Of a DNA stretch of 64,000 nt, positions 30,940 to 44,517 are shown in pieces. Source of the stretch: an uncultured Polynucleobacter sp. (lineage in GTDB: Bacteria > Pseudomonadota > Gammaproteobacteria > Burkholderiales > Burkholderiaceae); contig CAZEHN010000006.1 in assembly GCA_964511855.1 (NCBI GenBank), positions 316 through 64,315 of the forward strand, in the 5' to 3' direction. A model generated the notes under the pieces. It was not told the origin of the DNA. It worked only from the letters and a program-made list of their open reading frames with translations, and did not search any database. Both the position numbers and the translations under genes were made by a program. Every line of letters starts with the position of its first letter. Positions within the stretch are counted from its first letter, which is position 1.

Positions 30940-31872
30940 ATGACCTTCACACATCGCCCAGTATTGCTGGACGAGGCAGTTACAGCCTTGATGGGCGATG
31001 CACCTCAAACCACTCAGATAGTTATCGATGGAACATTTGGTCGTGGAGGTCATTCACGAAAAATATTGGAACAACTTTCAAGCGAAGCGAAATTAATCGC
31101 ATTCGACAAAGATCCTCAAGCAATAGCAGAAGCATCGACAATCAAAGATCCTCGCTTTCAGATTCATCACATGTCATTCGCACAGATGGATCAAGTAATT
31201 ACTCCACACTCAGTCGATGGCATTTTGTTGGATTTAGGGATCAGCTCTCCGCAGATAGACGAGGCGAGCAGAGGTTTTTCATTTCGCATGGATGGTCCAT
31301 TAGACATGCGCATGAACAATACGCAAGGCCAGAGTGCTGCCGAGTGGTTGTCGCATGCAAGCGAAAAAGATATCGCGAGGGTTATTAAAGAATATGGGGA
31401 AGAACGGTTTGCTGTACAGATTGCAAAGGCGATTGTTGCTAGCAGAGAGCAAGGGATCGTCATTGGGACCACAAGACAGCTCGCGTCGCTCGTGGCTAGT
31501 GTCGTCCGCACGCGTGAACCGGGTCAAGACCCGGCCACACGCACCTTTCAAGCTATACGGATTTATATCAACCAAGAGCTTGCCGACGTGGAGGCAGGGT
31601 TAATGGCAGCTATGAATTTGCTTAAGCCTGGTGGACGCTTGGCTGTCATTAGTTTCCATTCTTTGGAAGACCGAATTGTTAAGCAATTTATGCAATCACA
31701 TAGCAAAGTAAATACTCCTCGTGGTTTGCCTCTGAGAGAATCAGAATTGCCGATTCCAGAATTAAAACTGCTTGGCAGAATTAAGCCAAGTGACATTGAA
31801 GTCAGTGAAAATCCTCGATCGCGTTCAGCTATTTTGCGCGTTGCTCAAAAAAATGATCGGAGTATTCATTGA
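30940..31872 (+). CDS. rsmH: 16S rRNA m4C1402 methyltransferase
   Basis: [34 protein letters not shown]. Confidence 0.98.
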   Translation: MTFTHRPVLLDEAVTALMGDAPQTTQIVIDGTFGRGGHSRKILEQLSSEAKLIAFDKDPQAIAEASTIKDPRFQIHHMSFAQMDQVITPHSVDGILLDLGISSPQIDEASRGFSFRMDGPLDMRMNNTQGQSAAEWLSHASEKDIARVIKEYGEERFAVQIAKAIVASREQGIVIGTTRQLASLVASVVRTREPGQDPATRTFQAIRIYINQELADVEAGLMAAMNLLKPGGRLAVISFHSLEDRIVKQFMQSHSKVNTPRGLPLRESELPIPELKLLGRIKPSDIEVSENPRSRSAILRVAQKNDRSIH

Positions 31873-32132
31873 ATCGCGCTGTCGTTATCTTGATCATGGC
31901 TTTATTGGCTTGTGCACTGATGCTAGTGTCGTCACAACAGCGCGTAAGACTTTTGTTTGCTGAAATGAATCGTCTTGAACTAAAAGAGCGCAAATTAAAT
32001 CAAGATTGGTTGCGGTTGGAATATGAGCAACGTGATTTATCAAAAACCTCAAGAATTTTAGATTCAGCTCGTAAGCAATTGCATATGAGTGAACCTCGTC
32101 AAGATCGTACGAAATATATCAAGGCTGATTAA
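31869..32132 (+). CDS. ftsL: Cell division protein FtsL
   Basis: Small TM plus coiled-coil protein between rsmH and ftsI; TTG start overlapping the rsmH stop. Confidence 0.9.
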   Translation: MNRAVVILIMALLACALMLVSSQQRVRLLFAEMNRLELKERKLNQDWLRLEYEQRDLSKTSRILDSARKQLHMSEPRQDRTKYIKAD

Positions 32133-33874
32133 TGCAAAAAGTTTCGACGAACTCTTCTGGATTGGTGTTGCGATTGCCGATGTGGCGATCAAGGGTGGTT
32201 TTGTTCCTGATGTTTATTGGCTTTGTGGCATTGCTGACGCGCGCCTTTTGGGTGCAAGGACCTGGAAATGATTTCTATGAAGCCAAAGGAAATAAAGTAA
32301 AACGTTTACAAGAGTTACCAGCTATTCGTGGAAAGATTTTAGATAGAAATGGTGAAATTCTTGCAACAAGTTTGGAAGCAAAGGCGATTATTGCTTATCC
32401 AGAAGATGTACCGGATGATTTGTCAGCTCAAAAAGTTCAGTTATTAGCGAAGTTATTGCAAATGGGTGAAACTGATTTGCGTAAGAAATTAACTGAAACA
32501 AGAAACCAAGTTTTTCTAAAACGACAAGTTACACCTGACTTAGCTAAAAAAGTTAAAGAACTTGAAATTCCTGGCATAGGTACAACAAATGAATATCGTC
32601 GCTATTACCCAGAGGGTGAGGCCATGGCGCATATTGTTGGATTTACAAATGTTGAGGATAAGGGGCAAGAGGGTATTGAGCTTGCTCGTGAAACTGAATT
32701 GGCTGGTAAGCCTGGTCAGCGTCGAGTTATTGTTGATCGACTTGGTCGAGTTGTAGATGACTTGGGCGATTACCAAGCGCCGAGTAATGGTAAAGATTTA
32801 CAGTTGTCCATTGATAGCAAAATTCAAAGCATTGCATTTGATGAGCTAAAAGAAGCTGTAAGTCGACACAAAGCCAAAGCAGGTGGCGTAGTTGTTTTAG
32901 ATGCACAAAACGGAGAAATTTTAGCTTTAGCAAATTGGCCAACCTATAACCCTAATAGCAGATCTGCGCTTTCAGGTGAGCAACTTCGTAATCGTGTATT
33001 AACTGATACGTTTGAGCCTGGCTCAACTATGAAACCTTTCACAATTGCGCTTGCATTGGAAAAGGGTATCGTTAATCCAAATACCATGATGACGATTGGT
33101 CACTTCCAGGTAGGAACAAAAAATATTACCGATACTCATCCTTATGGTTCATTAACTGTTGCTCAAATTATTCAAAAATCAAGCAACATTGGTACTAGTC
33201 GTATTGCAATGCAAATGAGTCCACAGGATATGTGGGAAATGTTCCAATCAGTTGGTTTGGGTCAGGCTCCAAAAATTGGATTTCCAGGTGCGGTAGCTGG
33301 CCGACTTCGTCCATACGATAAATGGGCAAAAATTGATCAAGCAACGATGTCATATGGTTATGGTTTGTCCGCTTCGTTATTCCAACTTGCACGTGCTTAC
33401 ACAATTTTTGCAAGAGATGGTGAATTAGTTCCAACATCAATTACTAAAGTTTCAACACCACCAGCTGGTACTCGAGTTATTTCATCTAAAACTGCAATTG
33501 AAGTTAGAGAAATGTTAGAGACGGTGACTAATCCTGGTGGTACTGCATTGAAAGCACAAGTATCTGGCTATAGAGTTGGAGGTAAGACTGGCACTGCTCA
33601 TAAATCGATGGGTAAAGGCGGTTATGCAAGTAATAAATATGATGGTTTCTTTGTGGGTATTGCCCCAATTAGTGCGCCAAGAATTGTAGTTGCTGTTGTT
33701 ATTGATGAGCCGACAGTTGGCGGTCACTATGGTGGTGATGTTGCAGCGCCCGTTTTCTCAGCGGTAACAAATGCAACACTAAGGTCTTTAAACATTCCGC
33801 CCGATGGTGCTATGAAAGATTTAGTGTTGAACAACAATGTACCAACTGTACAAAGGGTCTCTCTATCGAGATGA
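32132..33874 (+). CDS. ftsI: Penicillin-binding protein 3
   Basis: RGKILDRNG, EPGSTMK (SxxK), SSN, KTG. Confidence 0.96.
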   Translation: MQKVSTNSSGLVLRLPMWRSRVVLFLMFIGFVALLTRAFWVQGPGNDFYEAKGNKVKRLQELPAIRGKILDRNGEILATSLEAKAIIAYPEDVPDDLSAQKVQLLAKLLQMGETDLRKKLTETRNQVFLKRQVTPDLAKKVKELEIPGIGTTNEYRRYYPEGEAMAHIVGFTNVEDKGQEGIELARETELAGKPGQRRVIVDRLGRVVDDLGDYQAPSNGKDLQLSIDSKIQSIAFDELKEAVSRHKAKAGGVVVLDAQNGEILALANWPTYNPNSRSALSGEQLRNRVLTDTFEPGSTMKPFTIALALEKGIVNPNTMMTIGHFQVGTKNITDTHPYGSLTVAQIIQKSSNIGTSRIAMQMSPQDMWEMFQSVGLGQAPKIGFPGAVAGRLRPYDKWAKIDQATMSYGYGLSASLFQLARAYTIFARDGELVPTSITKVSTPPAGTRVISSKTAIEVREMLETVTNPGGTALKAQVSGYRVGGKTGTAHKSMGKGGYASNKYDGFFVGIAPISAPRIVVAVVIDEPTVGGHYGGDVAAPVFSAVTNATLRSLNIPPDGAMKDLVLNNNVPTVQRVSLSR

Positions 33875-35439
33875 ATGTGACGTCCCTTCGACCTTCTTCC
33901 ATTGTTTTAAATTTAGAGAATGTTTTACGTTCTCGTGTCCCCGCCTCCTCAAATTTATGTGCCGACAGTCGTCTGATTAAACCAGGGGATGTTTTCATGG
34001 CTTATCCGGTGGGCGCTAATGAAGGTATGAGTGATAACAGGGCTCATATTTCTTCGGCGTTGAGGTCTGGCGCGAGTGTAGTTTTGTATGAAGATTCTGC
34101 ATGGGATGAGGATAAGTTTCCAGAAGTTCGCATATCTTTGAGCGACGATCGTTGCATCCCTGTTAGAGGTTTATCTGAAATTGCTGGAGAATTAGCAAAT
34201 CGTTGGTATCAAATGCCTAGTCAAGCAATGAAGATTATTGGTATTACTGGAACTAACGGTAAAACAACAGTCTCGCATTGGATTGCTCAAACATTTGGTC
34301 AAGTTGAGTCGACAGCTGTCATGGGAACTTTAGGAGTTGGTTTGCTTGGTGACTTAAATGTTACAGGCTTCACAACCCCAGATGCACCAAGGGTTCATCG
34401 AGTTCTAGCAGACTTAAAGGCGAAGCAAGTCAAAGCTGTTGCAATGGAGGTTTCTTCTCATGCACTTGATCAAGGTCGAGTTAATGGTGTGGAATTTTCA
34501 ACTGCAGTTTTCACAAACTTAACTCAAGATCACCTCGATTATCACGGTGATATGAAACACTATGAAGATGCTAAATTTAGATTGTTTAATTTACCAGGGT
34601 TAAAGAATGCCGTTCTTCATATTGGAGATTCAGTTGGTAAGGCTTGGCTAAATGAGTTATCAAATAAATCCAATTTAAAGATTTGGGCATATGGTTCAGA
34701 ATCTGATTACATCGAGCTTTCAAGTAAAGTAAAAGATAATTGCAAGGCAATATTATTTAAGGATATTTTGCCAACTGCTCAAGGTATCAGCTTTAAAGTT
34801 CAAGTTGATGGGCAGTGGTATGAATTATCAATGTCTACCGTTGGTGAATTTAATGTTCAGAATGCAAGCGCAGTGTTAGCAGTATTGATTGCTGATGGTG
34901 TGCCTGTTAAAAAAGCCTTGAGCTTACTTAGTAAAATTCATTCAGTACCAGGTCGGATGGAAATCATTAATCCAAATGATGAGCGCCATCCTTTGATGGT
35001 GGTAGATTTTGCTCACACACCTGATGCCCTTGAAAAATCGCTAGAAGCACTCTTACCTATTGCAAAAGTACGTGGCGGTAAATTAGTTTGTATTTTTGGT
35101 TGTGGTGGCAATCGAGACGCAGGCAAAAGACCTTTGATGGGGGATATTGCTTCACGTATTGCTGATGAAATTGTTGTTACAAGTGACAATCCGAGATTTG
35201 AAGAACCTGATGCGATCATAGATCAAATCATGTCTGGCATACAGTTGAGTTGTAACAATAAAGCAACTAGATATTCTGATAGAGCTTCTGCAATTTTGGC
35301 CTCTGTAAAGCGAGCTAGCAATAGAGATGTTCTATTGGTTGCGGGTAAAGGACATGAAACAACGCAAGAGATTGCAGGCAAAAAATTCCCATTCTCAGAT
35401 GTAGATCACATCCGATTGGCAATTGGGGGTGGGGCATGA
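33871..35439 (+). CDS. murE: UDP-MurNAc-tripeptide synthetase
   Basis: [26 protein letters not shown] (meso-DAP type), AGKGHE. Confidence 0.96.
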   Translation: MNVTSLRPSSIVLNLENVLRSRVPASSNLCADSRLIKPGDVFMAYPVGANEGMSDNRAHISSALRSGASVVLYEDSAWDEDKFPEVRISLSDDRCIPVRGLSEIAGELANRWYQMPSQAMKIIGITGTNGKTTVSHWIAQTFGQVESTAVMGTLGVGLLGDLNVTGFTTPDAPRVHRVLADLKAKQVKAVAMEVSSHALDQGRVNGVEFSTAVFTNLTQDHLDYHGDMKHYEDAKFRLFNLPGLKNAVLHIGDSVGKAWLNELSNKSNLKIWAYGSESDYIELSSKVKDNCKAILFKDILPTAQGISFKVQVDGQWYELSMSTVGEFNVQNASAVLAVLIADGVPVKKALSLLSKIHSVPGRMEIINPNDERHPLMVVDFAHTPDALEKSLEALLPIAKVRGGKLVCIFGCGGNRDAGKRPLMGDIASRIADEIVVTSDNPRFEEPDAIIDQIMSGIQLSCNNKATRYSDRASAILASVKRASNRDVLLVAGKGHETTQEIAGKKFPFSDVDHIRLAIGGGA

Positions 35440-36908
35440 GTTCCAAGTTCATGACTTTCGGAGATTTAACGCGATTGTTGCCTTTGGCAAAAGTTAGCGC
35501 TTTGAAATCTGATGGTGCTCAAGAGATTAGACACTTTGTAACGGATAGTCGATCGGTTAATCCCGGAGAATTTTTTGTCGCAATTAAGGGTGAAAAATTT
35601 GATGCAAATCAGTTTGTTGGAGATGTTGCGGTTAAGGGTGCAATTGGCGCATTAATGAGCGATGCAACTCAAGTGGTTGATATTCCAGCATGGCTTGTTC
35701 CAGATACTTTGGTTGCGATACAAAGTTTGGCAGAAAAATGGCGTTCTGAATTAGCAGTAAAAGTTGCTGTTGTTACAGGTAGTAATGGTAAGACAACTGT
35801 TAAAGAAATGATTGCCTCAATTTTTGCGGTGGCAGTTGGCGAGCAAGCAAGCTTATCAACAAAAGGTAACTTTAATAATGAAATTGGTTTGCCACTAACG
35901 TTATTGAGGCTTAACCGTGAGCATCAATTAGCTGCAATTGAGCTTGGTATGAATCACCCTGGTGAAACGAAATTTTTAAGTGCGATTGCTAAGCCTGATA
36001 TTGCATTAATTAATAATGCTCAACGCGAGCATCAAGAATTTATGCATACCGTAGAAGAAGTTGCTAAAGAGCATGCTAGCGTCATTGATGCTGTGAGTGA
36101 TAAAGGTGTCGCGGTATTTCCAGCTGATTCAGAATACTCGGCTATGTGGCGACGTCATGCTGGCAATAAGGAAGTAATTGATTTTGCATTTAATGCGGAT
36201 CAAACCTTAAATCCAGTGGTGAGTGGAACTTGGTTAAGTGCAAATGAAATTAACATTTCGATTACTCGTGCTGGATACGAGTCGCAAATGTTTAGCGTTA
36301 AGCTCAATACCTTAGGTGACCATAATGCGAAAAATGCATTAGCTGCGACATCGGTTGCGCTCGCAGCAGGTATTTCTTTAGAAAAAATTAAATTAGGTTT
36401 AGAAAAATTTACGCCTGTAAATGGTCGTATGCAATCTAAACCATTGCCCTCTTATAGTGGTACTGGCTTGTTGATTGACGATACATACAACGCAAATCCT
36501 GATTCTGTTATCGCGGCAATTGATGTGCTTGCAGGTTTGCAAGGTGTTCGATGGATGGCTTTGGGGGATATGGGTGAAGTTGGGTTAAATGGCCCAGCGT
36601 TCCATCAAGAAATTGGTGACTATGCGCGACACAAAGGAATTGATTGTTTATTTGCTACAGGTGAATTAACGAAAGAATCCGTTGATAGTTTTAATGGAAA
36701 GCAAGTTCCAAGTGAGTTAACTAGTGTTACAGGCGCTTGGCATTTTGCAGATGGTGCAAATCTAACTGCAGCATTGCTTAAGAAGATGTCATTGCTAGAA
36801 AATGAAAAGCCAAATAGTCCGTTATCAATTTTGGTTAAGGGTTCAAGATTTACCAAAATGGAAAGAGTTGTTAACAATTTGCTAGGGGAGAAAAGCGCAT
36901 GTTGTTAA
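35436..36908 (+). CDS. murF: UDP-MurNAc-pentapeptide synthetase
   Basis: [32 protein letters not shown]. Confidence 0.96.
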   Translation: MSSKFMTFGDLTRLLPLAKVSALKSDGAQEIRHFVTDSRSVNPGEFFVAIKGEKFDANQFVGDVAVKGAIGALMSDATQVVDIPAWLVPDTLVAIQSLAEKWRSELAVKVAVVTGSNGKTTVKEMIASIFAVAVGEQASLSTKGNFNNEIGLPLTLLRLNREHQLAAIELGMNHPGETKFLSAIAKPDIALINNAQREHQEFMHTVEEVAKEHASVIDAVSDKGVAVFPADSEYSAMWRRHAGNKEVIDFAFNADQTLNPVVSGTWLSANEINISITRAGYESQMFSVKLNTLGDHNAKNALAATSVALAAGISLEKIKLGLEKFTPVNGRMQSKPLPSYSGTGLLIDDTYNANPDSVIAAIDVLAGLQGVRWMALGDMGEVGLNGPAFHQEIGDYARHKGIDCLFATGELTKESVDSFNGKQVPSELTSVTGAWHFADGANLTAALLKKMSLLENEKPNSPLSILVKGSRFTKMERVVNNLLGEKSACC

Positions 36909-38068
36909 CGTTAGCGCAATGGTTGCAAGGTGATTACGGTTTCTTGCGTGTATTTAATTACATTACATTCCGTGCGGTGATGGCAACCTTGACAGCCCTC
37001 ATGATTGGCCTATCTTGTGGTCCTTGGGTAATTCGTCGCCTTACGCTTATGAAGGTAGGGCAGGCTGTTCGTTTAGATGGTCCACAAACGCATTTAGTTA
37101 AAACTGGTACACCAACTATGGGGGGTGTATTGATATTAATAGGTATTGCAATATCAACGCTTCTTTGGGGTGATCTAAGTAATCGTTTTATTTGGGTATT
37201 GCTTTGGGTAACTTTGGGTTTTGGCGCTGTAGGTTGGGTAGATGATTATCGAAAAGTCGTTTATCGAGATCCTAAAGGAATGAGTTCGAAAGAAAAATAT
37301 TTTTGGCAATCATTAATTGGTTTGTTTGCAGCACTCTACTTGGGATTTGCAATTTCAGAAGCGAACAATCTAAAAGTATTCCAGTTATTCATGCAGTGGA
37401 TTCAGACGGGCTTTACTTTAGATATGCCAAATAAATTAAATTTATTTGTACCTTTCTTTAAGGAAGTTAATTACCCACTAGGTATTTTAGGTTTCATTAT
37501 TTTGACTTACTTGGTAATTGTTGGTAGTAGCAATGCCGTCAATTTGACAGATGGATTAGATGGCCTTGTCATCATGCCAGTAATCCTAGTTGGCGCTGCT
37601 TTGGGGGTTTTCGCATATGTAACCGGTAATGCAATTTACGCAAAATATTTAATCTTTCCTTATATTCCGGGTACTGGTGAATTATTGATTTTCTGCGGAG
37701 CGTTAGGTGGTGCTGGGTTGGCATTCTTATGGTTCAACACGCATCCTGCGCAAGTATTTATGGGGGATGTTGGAGCGCTCGCTTTGGGTGGTGCGCTTGG
37801 AACGATTGCTGTGATTGTCCGTCAAGAAATAGTCCTCTCTGTCATGGGTGGCATTTTCGTCGCTGAAACACTATCGGTCATGTTGCAGGTGGCTTGGTTT
37901 AAGTACACAAAAAGAAGATATGGTGAAGGGCGCCGAATTTTTAAGATGGCGCCACTTCATCATCATTTTGAATTAAGTGGATGGAAAGAAACTCAAGTTG
38001 TTGTTCGTTTTTGGATCATTACCATCCTACTGGTTTTGGTTGGTTTATCAAGCTTGAAGTTACGTTAA
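36899..38068 (+). CDS. mraY: Phospho-MurNAc-pentapeptide translocase
   Basis: [33 protein letters not shown]. Confidence 0.98.
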   Translation: MLLTLAQWLQGDYGFLRVFNYITFRAVMATLTALMIGLSCGPWVIRRLTLMKVGQAVRLDGPQTHLVKTGTPTMGGVLILIGIAISTLLWGDLSNRFIWVLLWVTLGFGAVGWVDDYRKVVYRDPKGMSSKEKYFWQSLIGLFAALYLGFAISEANNLKVFQLFMQWIQTGFTLDMPNKLNLFVPFFKEVNYPLGILGFIILTYLVIVGSSNAVNLTDGLDGLVIMPVILVGAALGVFAYVTGNAIYAKYLIFPYIPGTGELLIFCGALGGAGLAFLWFNTHPAQVFMGDVGALALGGALGTIAVIVRQEIVLSVMGGIFVAETLSVMLQVAWFKYTKRRYGEGRRIFKMAPLHHHFELSGWKETQVVVRFWIITILLVLVGLSSLKLR

Positions 38069-38081
38069 AGAAAAGATTTAA

Positions 38082-39713
38082 ATGAGTCATTCAACATTGC
38101 ATATCCAACAACTTTTACATCCTTTTGGGGATGTTGGGGTGGATACGCCTGTCATTCTTGTTATGGGATTGGGTGAATCAGGTTTAGCAATGGCGAAATG
38201 GGCTTTATCTCAAGGCGCTAAAGTAAGAGTTCATGACACTCGCTCAGAAGATCAACTTAGCGAGGGCACATTAAATAATGTGGCTCTATTAAAAGAATTG
38301 GGTGCAAGTGTTTCTAATGGTAAGCAAATTCCATTAGCAGTTCTTGAGGATGTGTCTATTGTTGCCGTGAGCCCTGGTATGTCTCCGTTAGTTGAGCCAA
38401 TGAAAGAATTGTTGGCTAATGCAGAAGGTAGCTATAGGGTTTGGGGAGAATTGGAGTTCTTTAGCCAAGCGTTAAATGCTCTTAAAGAATCTAAAAACTA
38501 TATCCCTAAAGTATTAGCAATTACTGGTACTAATGGAAAAACAACGACAACCGCATTGACGGGGGCAATTTGTCAGCGAGCGGGTAAGCGTGTTGCAGTT
38601 GCAGGCAATATTAGCCCTTCTTTGCTCGATAAATTAATGGAATGTTTATCGAACTCAGAAGAAGGTTCAAGCTTGCCAGAAATTTGGGTTCTTGAACTTT
38701 CGAGTTTCCAGTTGTTCTATAGCGAAACATTCAATCCAACGGCTGCTACTGTACTAAATATTACTCAAGACCATTTTGATTGGCATGGTGATTTTGAGCA
38801 TTATTGCGAGTCAAAAGCAAGAATCTTTGGCGAGAACACCGTTGCTATTTTGAACCGTGATGATTCAAGGGTGATGAATTTATTGTCGGCAGATAAATTT
38901 GAAAAAAATCGTGTGATTAGCTTCGGACTTGACGCGCCTTTAGAAGAAGATAGTTTTGGTATTGTGGGTGATATGGGTTTAGGCGGTTTTGACTGGTTAG
39001 CCTGGGCTGAACCTTCAATTGATGAAGAATCACTGGGTATAAAAAAACGTCGCAAAAATAAAAATTCAGTGCAAGATGATGCTGAGCCATTACGCATTAA
39101 AAACTTAATACCCGCCGATGCGCTATTAATTAAAGGTAGACACAATGCTGCTAATGCATTGGCTGCATTGGCGTTAGCAAACTCATCAGGTCTTAGTATG
39201 GGAATGTTGCTTCACGGATTAAGAGAGTATCGTGGAGAGCCGCATCGTGTTCAAAGCATTGCTATCGTGAACGATGTTGAATATATCGATGATAGTAAAG
39301 GAACTAATGTTGGAGCAACGATTGCCGCTCTTCAAGGTTTGGGATCTGCAAATGGTGGATCAACTCGTAAGAAAATTATTTTGATTGCTGGCGGGGATGG
39401 AAAAGGTCAAGATTTTTCACCGCTTGCAGTACCAGTTGGTCAATATGCAAAAACTGTCTTTTTAATTGGTCGAGATGCCAATCAAATTGAAGAATCTTTA
39501 TCGGGAGTGACTGTAGAGATAATCAAAGCTGATGATCTGGTGTCGGCGGTTAATGAAGCTTCAAGAAAAGCAGTGTCCGGGGATATGATCTTACTCTCCC
39601 CTGCATGCGCAAGCTTCGATATGTTTAAGGATTATGCACATCGTGCCCAAGTATTTCATGATGCGGTCGATGAGTTAAGTATGCAATTTCAAATGACGGG
39701 GGCTAGCGCATGA
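38082..39713 (+). CDS. murD: UDP-MurNAc-L-Ala-D-Glu ligase
   Basis: [37 protein letters not shown]. Confidence 0.97.
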   Translation: MSHSTLHIQQLLHPFGDVGVDTPVILVMGLGESGLAMAKWALSQGAKVRVHDTRSEDQLSEGTLNNVALLKELGASVSNGKQIPLAVLEDVSIVAVSPGMSPLVEPMKELLANAEGSYRVWGELEFFSQALNALKESKNYIPKVLAITGTNGKTTTTALTGAICQRAGKRVAVAGNISPSLLDKLMECLSNSEEGSSLPEIWVLELSSFQLFYSETFNPTAATVLNITQDHFDWHGDFEHYCESKARIFGENTVAILNRDDSRVMNLLSADKFEKNRVISFGLDAPLEEDSFGIVGDMGLGGFDWLAWAEPSIDEESLGIKKRRKNKNSVQDDAEPLRIKNLIPADALLIKGRHNAANALAALALANSSGLSMGMLLHGLREYRGEPHRVQSIAIVNDVEYIDDSKGTNVGATIAALQGLGSANGGSTRKKIILIAGGDGKGQDFSPLAVPVGQYAKTVFLIGRDANQIEESLSGVTVEIIKADDLVSAVNEASRKAVSGDMILLSPACASFDMFKDYAHRAQVFHDAVDELSMQFQMTGASA

Positions 39714-40996
39714 AAGATGCATTAGGGCAAGGCTTCGCTCACTTTGAAAAATTCTGGAATCGCTCTCGTCGAGGTATTAGTGTTGGTATTAAAGACGGTG
39801 TAAAAGGTTTCCGATCAGAGTTGCGCGATGCAACAACGGTAACTAAATTTAAGCGTTCTACTATGACTCAGTGGGATCAGCCATTGTTATGGTCGGTTGT
39901 CATATTGACCCTACTTGGCGTAGTGATGGTTTATTCCGCATCAATTACTTTGGCCGATGGGAAAAAATATGCAAATTACAGTAGCGGCCATTTCTTAATC
40001 AGGCATTTATTCTCAATAGGTATTGCGGTGGTTGCCGGTATTTTTGCTTATCGTGTGCCAACAAGAGTTTGGGATAGAGTTGCGCCGTTAATTTTTGGTA
40101 TTACGGTCGTTTTATTAATTTTGGTGCTGATACCAGGAATTGGGAAGTCTGTTAATTTTGCACGCCGCTGGATTCCGTTGGGCGTCATGAATTTCCAACC
40201 TTCAGAATTAATGAAATTTGCGGTTGCGATATTCGCGGCGCATTACACCGTTAGAAGGCAGGAGCATTTACATACATTCATGAAGGGATTTTTACCAATG
40301 GGTGCCATGGTTGCATTAGTTGGTGTGCTCTTACTGCTTGAGCCTGATATGGGCGCATTCATGGTGATTGCAGCAATTGCTATGGGAATCTTGTTCTTAG
40401 GTGGTATCAATGCAAAATTATTTGGAGGTTTGATTGGCATTGGTGTTGCTAGTTTTGGATTAATTGTTGCTACTTCAGAATTTAGACGCCAGCGTATTTT
40501 TGCATTCTTGGATCCATGGCGTGAGGATTTTGCTCAAGGTAAAGCATATCAATTAACGCACTCATTGATGGCATTTGGGCGTGGTGAATGGTTTGGTGTT
40601 GGACTTGGTGGTAGTGTTGAAAAATTACATTATTTACCAGAAGCGCATACAGACTTTATTTTGGCAGTGGTAGGTGAAGAGCTTGGATTCGTTGGCGTAT
40701 TGGTTGTTATAGCTACGTTCTATTGGTTAATTAGGCGCACCTTCATGATTGGTAGAACTTCATTGCAACTTGATAGAAGTTTTGCAGGACTTGTTGCCAA
40801 AGGGATCGGTATTTGGATTGGTTGGCAAACATTTATCAATATGGGAGTTAATCTAGGTTTGCTTCCAACCAAAGGGTTGACATTGCCATTGGTGAGCTAT
40901 GGTGGTTCCGGAATTCTCATGAATGCAATTGCAATTGCAGTTCTTTTGAGAATTGATGCAGAAAACCGAACCCTGATGCGCGGAGGCAAGATATGA
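39710..40996 (+). CDS. ftsW: SEDS peptidoglycan polymerase FtsW
   Basis: [22 protein letters not shown]. Confidence 0.97.
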   Translation: MKDALGQGFAHFEKFWNRSRRGISVGIKDGVKGFRSELRDATTVTKFKRSTMTQWDQPLLWSVVILTLLGVVMVYSASITLADGKKYANYSSGHFLIRHLFSIGIAVVAGIFAYRVPTRVWDRVAPLIFGITVVLLILVLIPGIGKSVNFARRWIPLGVMNFQPSELMKFAVAIFAAHYTVRRQEHLHTFMKGFLPMGAMVALVGVLLLLEPDMGAFMVIAAIAMGILFLGGINAKLFGGLIGIGVASFGLIVATSEFRRQRIFAFLDPWREDFAQGKAYQLTHSLMAFGRGEWFGVGLGGSVEKLHYLPEAHTDFILAVVGEELGFVGVLVVIATFYWLIRRTFMIGRTSLQLDRSFAGLVAKGIGIWIGWQTFINMGVNLGLLPTKGLTLPLVSYGGSGILMNAIAIAVLLRIDAENRTLMRGGKI

Positions 40997-42081
40997 GTTC
41001 GAATACTCAATCGAATTCCGCAAAAACTCTGCTTGTAATGGCAGGTGGAACTGGTGGGCATATATTCCCAGGTCTAGCAGTTGCAGATTATTTGCAGGCC
41101 GAAGGTTGGAAGATTGTATGGTTGGGTAATCCAAGTGGTATGGAAAATCAAATTATCCCTACAAGAGGTATTCCTTTTGAAGGGATAAATTTTGGTGGCT
41201 TGCGTGGGAAAGGTTTGAAGACAAAATTAATGCTCCCATTTAATTTGTTAAGAGCATTAATCCAAAGTGCTGGAATTCTGAAGCGAATTAATCCTAGTGT
41301 GGTTTTGGGAATGGGTGGCTATGTTAGTTTCCCAGCAGGACTTGCTGCGGTATTAATGGGATATCCATTAGTGTTACATGAGCAAAATTCCGTAGCTGGA
41401 TTGACGAATAGAATTTTGTCAAAACTGGCCGGGAGAAAGCTGTGTGCATTCCCTGATGCATTGCCTGATGCTGAATGGGTTGGTAATCCATTGCGTGCTG
41501 ATTTATTAAAGGTTGAATTACCTAAAGATCGTTTTTCCACAAGAAGTGGAAATTTAAATATCTTGGTTGTGGGTGGAAGTTTGGGCGCAATGGCACTAAA
41601 TACGACAGTACCTGAAGCTTTATCACTAATTTCTGAAGCAGAGCGCCCAAATGTTGTTCATCAGTCAGGCGAAAAGCATGTCGCTGATTTGCAAGAGCGT
41701 TATCGTCAGTTTGGTGTCAAAGCTGAAGTTGTTCCGTTTATCGAAAATATGGCTGCAGCTTATTCAAGAGCAGATGTTGTCATTTGTCGGGCAGGTGCAA
41801 TGACGATTGCTGAATTATCTGCGGCAGGAGTTGCTTCTTGCTTAGTTCCTTTTCCATATGCTGTTGATGATCATCAAACATCGAATGCAAGGTTTTTACA
41901 ACAAGCTGGCGCTGCTAAGTTAATGGCTCAATCAGATATGACAGCAAATAGATTGGCTGATTGGATTAAGTCATTAAATCGTGAAGAGCTAATGGAAATG
42001 GCTAATCGAGCTTTGCAATGTGCAAAGCCAATGGCTACTGCAAGAGTTGCCGCAGTTTGCAAAGAATTGGTGAGCGCATGA
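40993..42081 (+). CDS. murG: Lipid I GlcNAc transferase
   Basis: [30 protein letters not shown]. Confidence 0.98.
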   Translation: MSSNTQSNSAKTLLVMAGGTGGHIFPGLAVADYLQAEGWKIVWLGNPSGMENQIIPTRGIPFEGINFGGLRGKGLKTKLMLPFNLLRALIQSAGILKRINPSVVLGMGGYVSFPAGLAAVLMGYPLVLHEQNSVAGLTNRILSKLAGRKLCAFPDALPDAEWVGNPLRADLLKVELPKDRFSTRSGNLNILVVGGSLGAMALNTTVPEALSLISEAERPNVVHQSGEKHVADLQERYRQFGVKAEVVPFIENMAAAYSRADVVICRAGAMTIAELSAAGVASCLVPFPYAVDDHQTSNARFLQQAGAAKLMAQSDMTANRLADWIKSLNREELMEMANRALQCAKPMATARVAAVCKELVSA

Positions 42082-43514
42082 AACATATAGTCCAACAAAT
42101 ACATTTCGTAGGTATCGGTGGCGCGGGGATGAGCGGCATTGCTGAAGTGCTACTTAATTTAGGTTATAGAGTAAGTGGCTCTGATATAAGTGATAGCTTA
42201 ACAACAGCTCGTTTACGCGAGCTTGGTGCAGATATAAAAATTGGCCATAAAGCCGATAATATAGGTCAGGCCGAAGCAGTTGTTATCTCTACAGCTGTTA
42301 CTGGTGATAATCCAGAAGTATTAGCAGCTAGAGCGGCTCATGTCCCTGTTATTGCTAGGGCCGTCATGCTGGCAGAATTAATGCGCTTAAAGCAGGGTAT
42401 TGCAATTGCAGGCACGCATGGAAAAACAACGACAACTAGTTTAGTTGCTTCTATTCTTGCAGAAGGTAATTTGGACCCTACTTTTGTTATTGGCGGAAAA
42501 CTAACTTCAGCTGGTGCAAATGCAAGATTAGGAACTGGCGACTTTATTGTTGCAGAAGCTGATGAGTCTGACGCTTCGTTCTTAAATTTATCTCCAGTTA
42601 TGGAAGTTGTAACCAATATTGATGCTGATCATATGGAGACATATCAGCATTCAATGGCTAAATTAAAACAATCATTTGTTCAATTTACGCAACGCATGCC
42701 TTTTTACGGTGTTGCAATATTGTGCATAGATGATGCAAATGTAAGAGACATGATCCCATTTGTTTCGCAATCTATTCTTGGATATGGGTTGTCTGAAAAC
42801 GCTGATGTAAGAGCAATTGACATTAAGGCGGTGGGTGGTCAAATGCAATTTACTGTTTTACGTAAAACAGTAAGGCGTCACGGTGAGGCGCCTAAACCAA
42901 TTGAAATTACTTTGAATTTACCTGGTGTACATAATGTCAGGAATGCTCTAGCTGCAATTGCAGTTGCAACTGAGTTGGGTGTTTCGGATACAGCTATCGC
43001 TAAAGCATTAAAAGAGTTCAAAGGTGTAGGAAGACGATTTACTCGTTATGGAGAAATTAAAGTGCCTACAGGCACATGCACTGTTATTGATGATTATGGA
43101 CATCATCCAGTTGAAATGGCTGCAACTTTGTCTGCTGCAAGAGGTGCATTCCCTAATCGTAGATTAGTTCTCGCATTTCAGCCTCATCGCTATACGCGGA
43201 CAAGAGATTGTTTTGGAGAATTTATTAATGTGCTTAGTGAATTTGATGCATTGGTATTGACTGATGTATATCCAGCTGGTGAGCCGAAAATATCAGGAGC
43301 AGATGGTAAGAGCTTGATGCAAGCTTTGCAAAAAAGAGTAAAAGCAAATTCTGCGAGCAATCTAGATTTGCAGTCTTTGCATTTTATGTCTGATGTAACA
43401 ACACTTCCCGAAGGAATTCTAGGGATTCTTAAAGATGGTGATGTGGTAATTACGATGGGTGCCGGATCAATTTCTGCAGTCCCATCTAAGTTGGTGGAGT
43501 TGAGTAATGGGTAA
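42078..43514 (+). CDS. murC: UDP-MurNAc-L-alanine ligase
   Basis: [28 protein letters not shown]; start moved to MKHIV at 42078 (ATGA overlap with murG). Confidence 0.98.
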   Translation: MKHIVQQIHFVGIGGAGMSGIAEVLLNLGYRVSGSDISDSLTTARLRELGADIKIGHKADNIGQAEAVVISTAVTGDNPEVLAARAAHVPVIARAVMLAELMRLKQGIAIAGTHGKTTTTSLVASILAEGNLDPTFVIGGKLTSAGANARLGTGDFIVAEADESDASFLNLSPVMEVVTNIDADHMETYQHSMAKLKQSFVQFTQRMPFYGVAILCIDDANVRDMIPFVSQSILGYGLSENADVRAIDIKAVGGQMQFTVLRKTVRRHGEAPKPIEITLNLPGVHNVRNALAAIAVATELGVSDTAIAKALKEFKGVGRRFTRYGEIKVPTGTCTVIDDYGHHPVEMAATLSAARGAFPNRRLVLAFQPHRYTRTRDCFGEFINVLSEFDALVLTDVYPAGEPKISGADGKSLMQALQKRVKANSASNLDLQSLHFMSDVTTLPEGILGILKDGDVVITMGAGSISAVPSKLVELSNG

Positions 43515-44517
43515 TACGACAATGAATCTGAATTGGGGTGCGCGCGTACATGCCGCATTAGAAAATGTGAATCCAAAAGATTTTGGTCGTGTTGGTGTAT
43601 TGCTTGGCGGTAAATCTGGAGAGCGCGAGATTTCCCTAATGTCAGGTAATGGTGTATTAGAGGCTCTCAAATCGAAAGGTGTTGATGCGCATCCATTTGA
43701 TCCAGGGCTAAGACATATTGCTGAGTTAGCCTCGGAGAAATTTGATCGTGTGTTTATTTCTTTACACGGTCGATTTGGCGAGGATGGAACATTGCAAGGT
43801 TTATTAGAGCAATATCAAGTTCCTTATACAGGTAGTGGAGTTCTTGCTTCAGCATTAGCAATTGATAAACAAGCAACAAAAAGAATTTGGGCTAGTTTTG
43901 GTTTATCAACGCCAAAATATCAAATGATTAATGCTAATACTGATTGGAAGGCTTTGGGTGAGTCATTGGGTTTTCCAATTATTGTTAAGCCATCCAAAGA
44001 GGGCTCATCTTTAGGGTTAAGTAAAGTCAACCATGTTGAAGATTTAAAAGCTGCATATGAATTAGCTGCCACAATGGATCAGGATGTAATGGCTGAAGAG
44101 TGCATTGTGGGTGAAGAGTTAACTTGCCCTGTGGTTGGAGAGACTACATCAGCCGAAGCATTGCCAGTGATTCGGATAGTTGCTCCGGAAGCAAACTACG
44201 ATTATCACAACAAGTATTTTTCAGATGACACCCGCTATTTGTGTCCAACTGGGCTGGACCTTTCTATAGAAGAAGAGGTTCAGAAGCTAGTTGTTAAAGC
44301 ATTTAAAGCATTGGGGTGTCGTGGCTGGGGGCGTGCCGACGTCATGCTAGATCGCAAAACTAATAAGCCTTATTTGTTAGAAATGAATACTTCGCCTGGA
44401 ATGACGAGTCATTCTCTTGTTCCAATGGCCGCAAAAGCTGCAGGGGTTAGTTATGAAGATTTAGTTTTGTGGTTATTAACGCAAACAAGTCTTGGCTTAA
44501 AAGAGGTTGCTAAATGA
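43507..44517 (+). CDS. ddl: D-alanine-D-alanine ligase
   Basis: [31 protein letters not shown]. Confidence 0.97.
   Translation: MGNTTMNLNWGARVHAALENVNPKDFGRVGVLLGGKSGEREISLMSGNGVLEALKSKGVDAHPFDPGLRHIAELASEKFDRVFISLHGRFGEDGTLQGLLEQYQVPYTGSGVLASALAIDKQATKRIWASFGLSTPKYQMINANTDWKALGESLGFPIIVKPSKEGSSLGLSKVNHVEDLKAAYELAATMDQDVMAEECIVGEELTCPVVGETTSAEALPVIRIVAPEANYDYHNKYFSDDTRYLCPTGLDLSIEEEVQKLVVKAFKALGCRGWGRADVMLDRKTNKPYLLEMNTSPGMTSHSLVPMAAKAAGVSYEDLVLWLLTQTSLGLKEVAK

Noticed and set aside
30843..31388. 181-aa alternative-frame ORF across mraZ/rsmH
   Set aside because: Out-of-frame overlap with two essential-cluster genes and Ser/Arg-rich composition typical of spurious frames
39000..39100. Basic insertion KKRRKNKN in MurD and extra TM segment in cytochrome b
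   Set aside because: To my knowledge such insertions are common in Burkholderiales orthologues; no sign of intein motifs or frameshift
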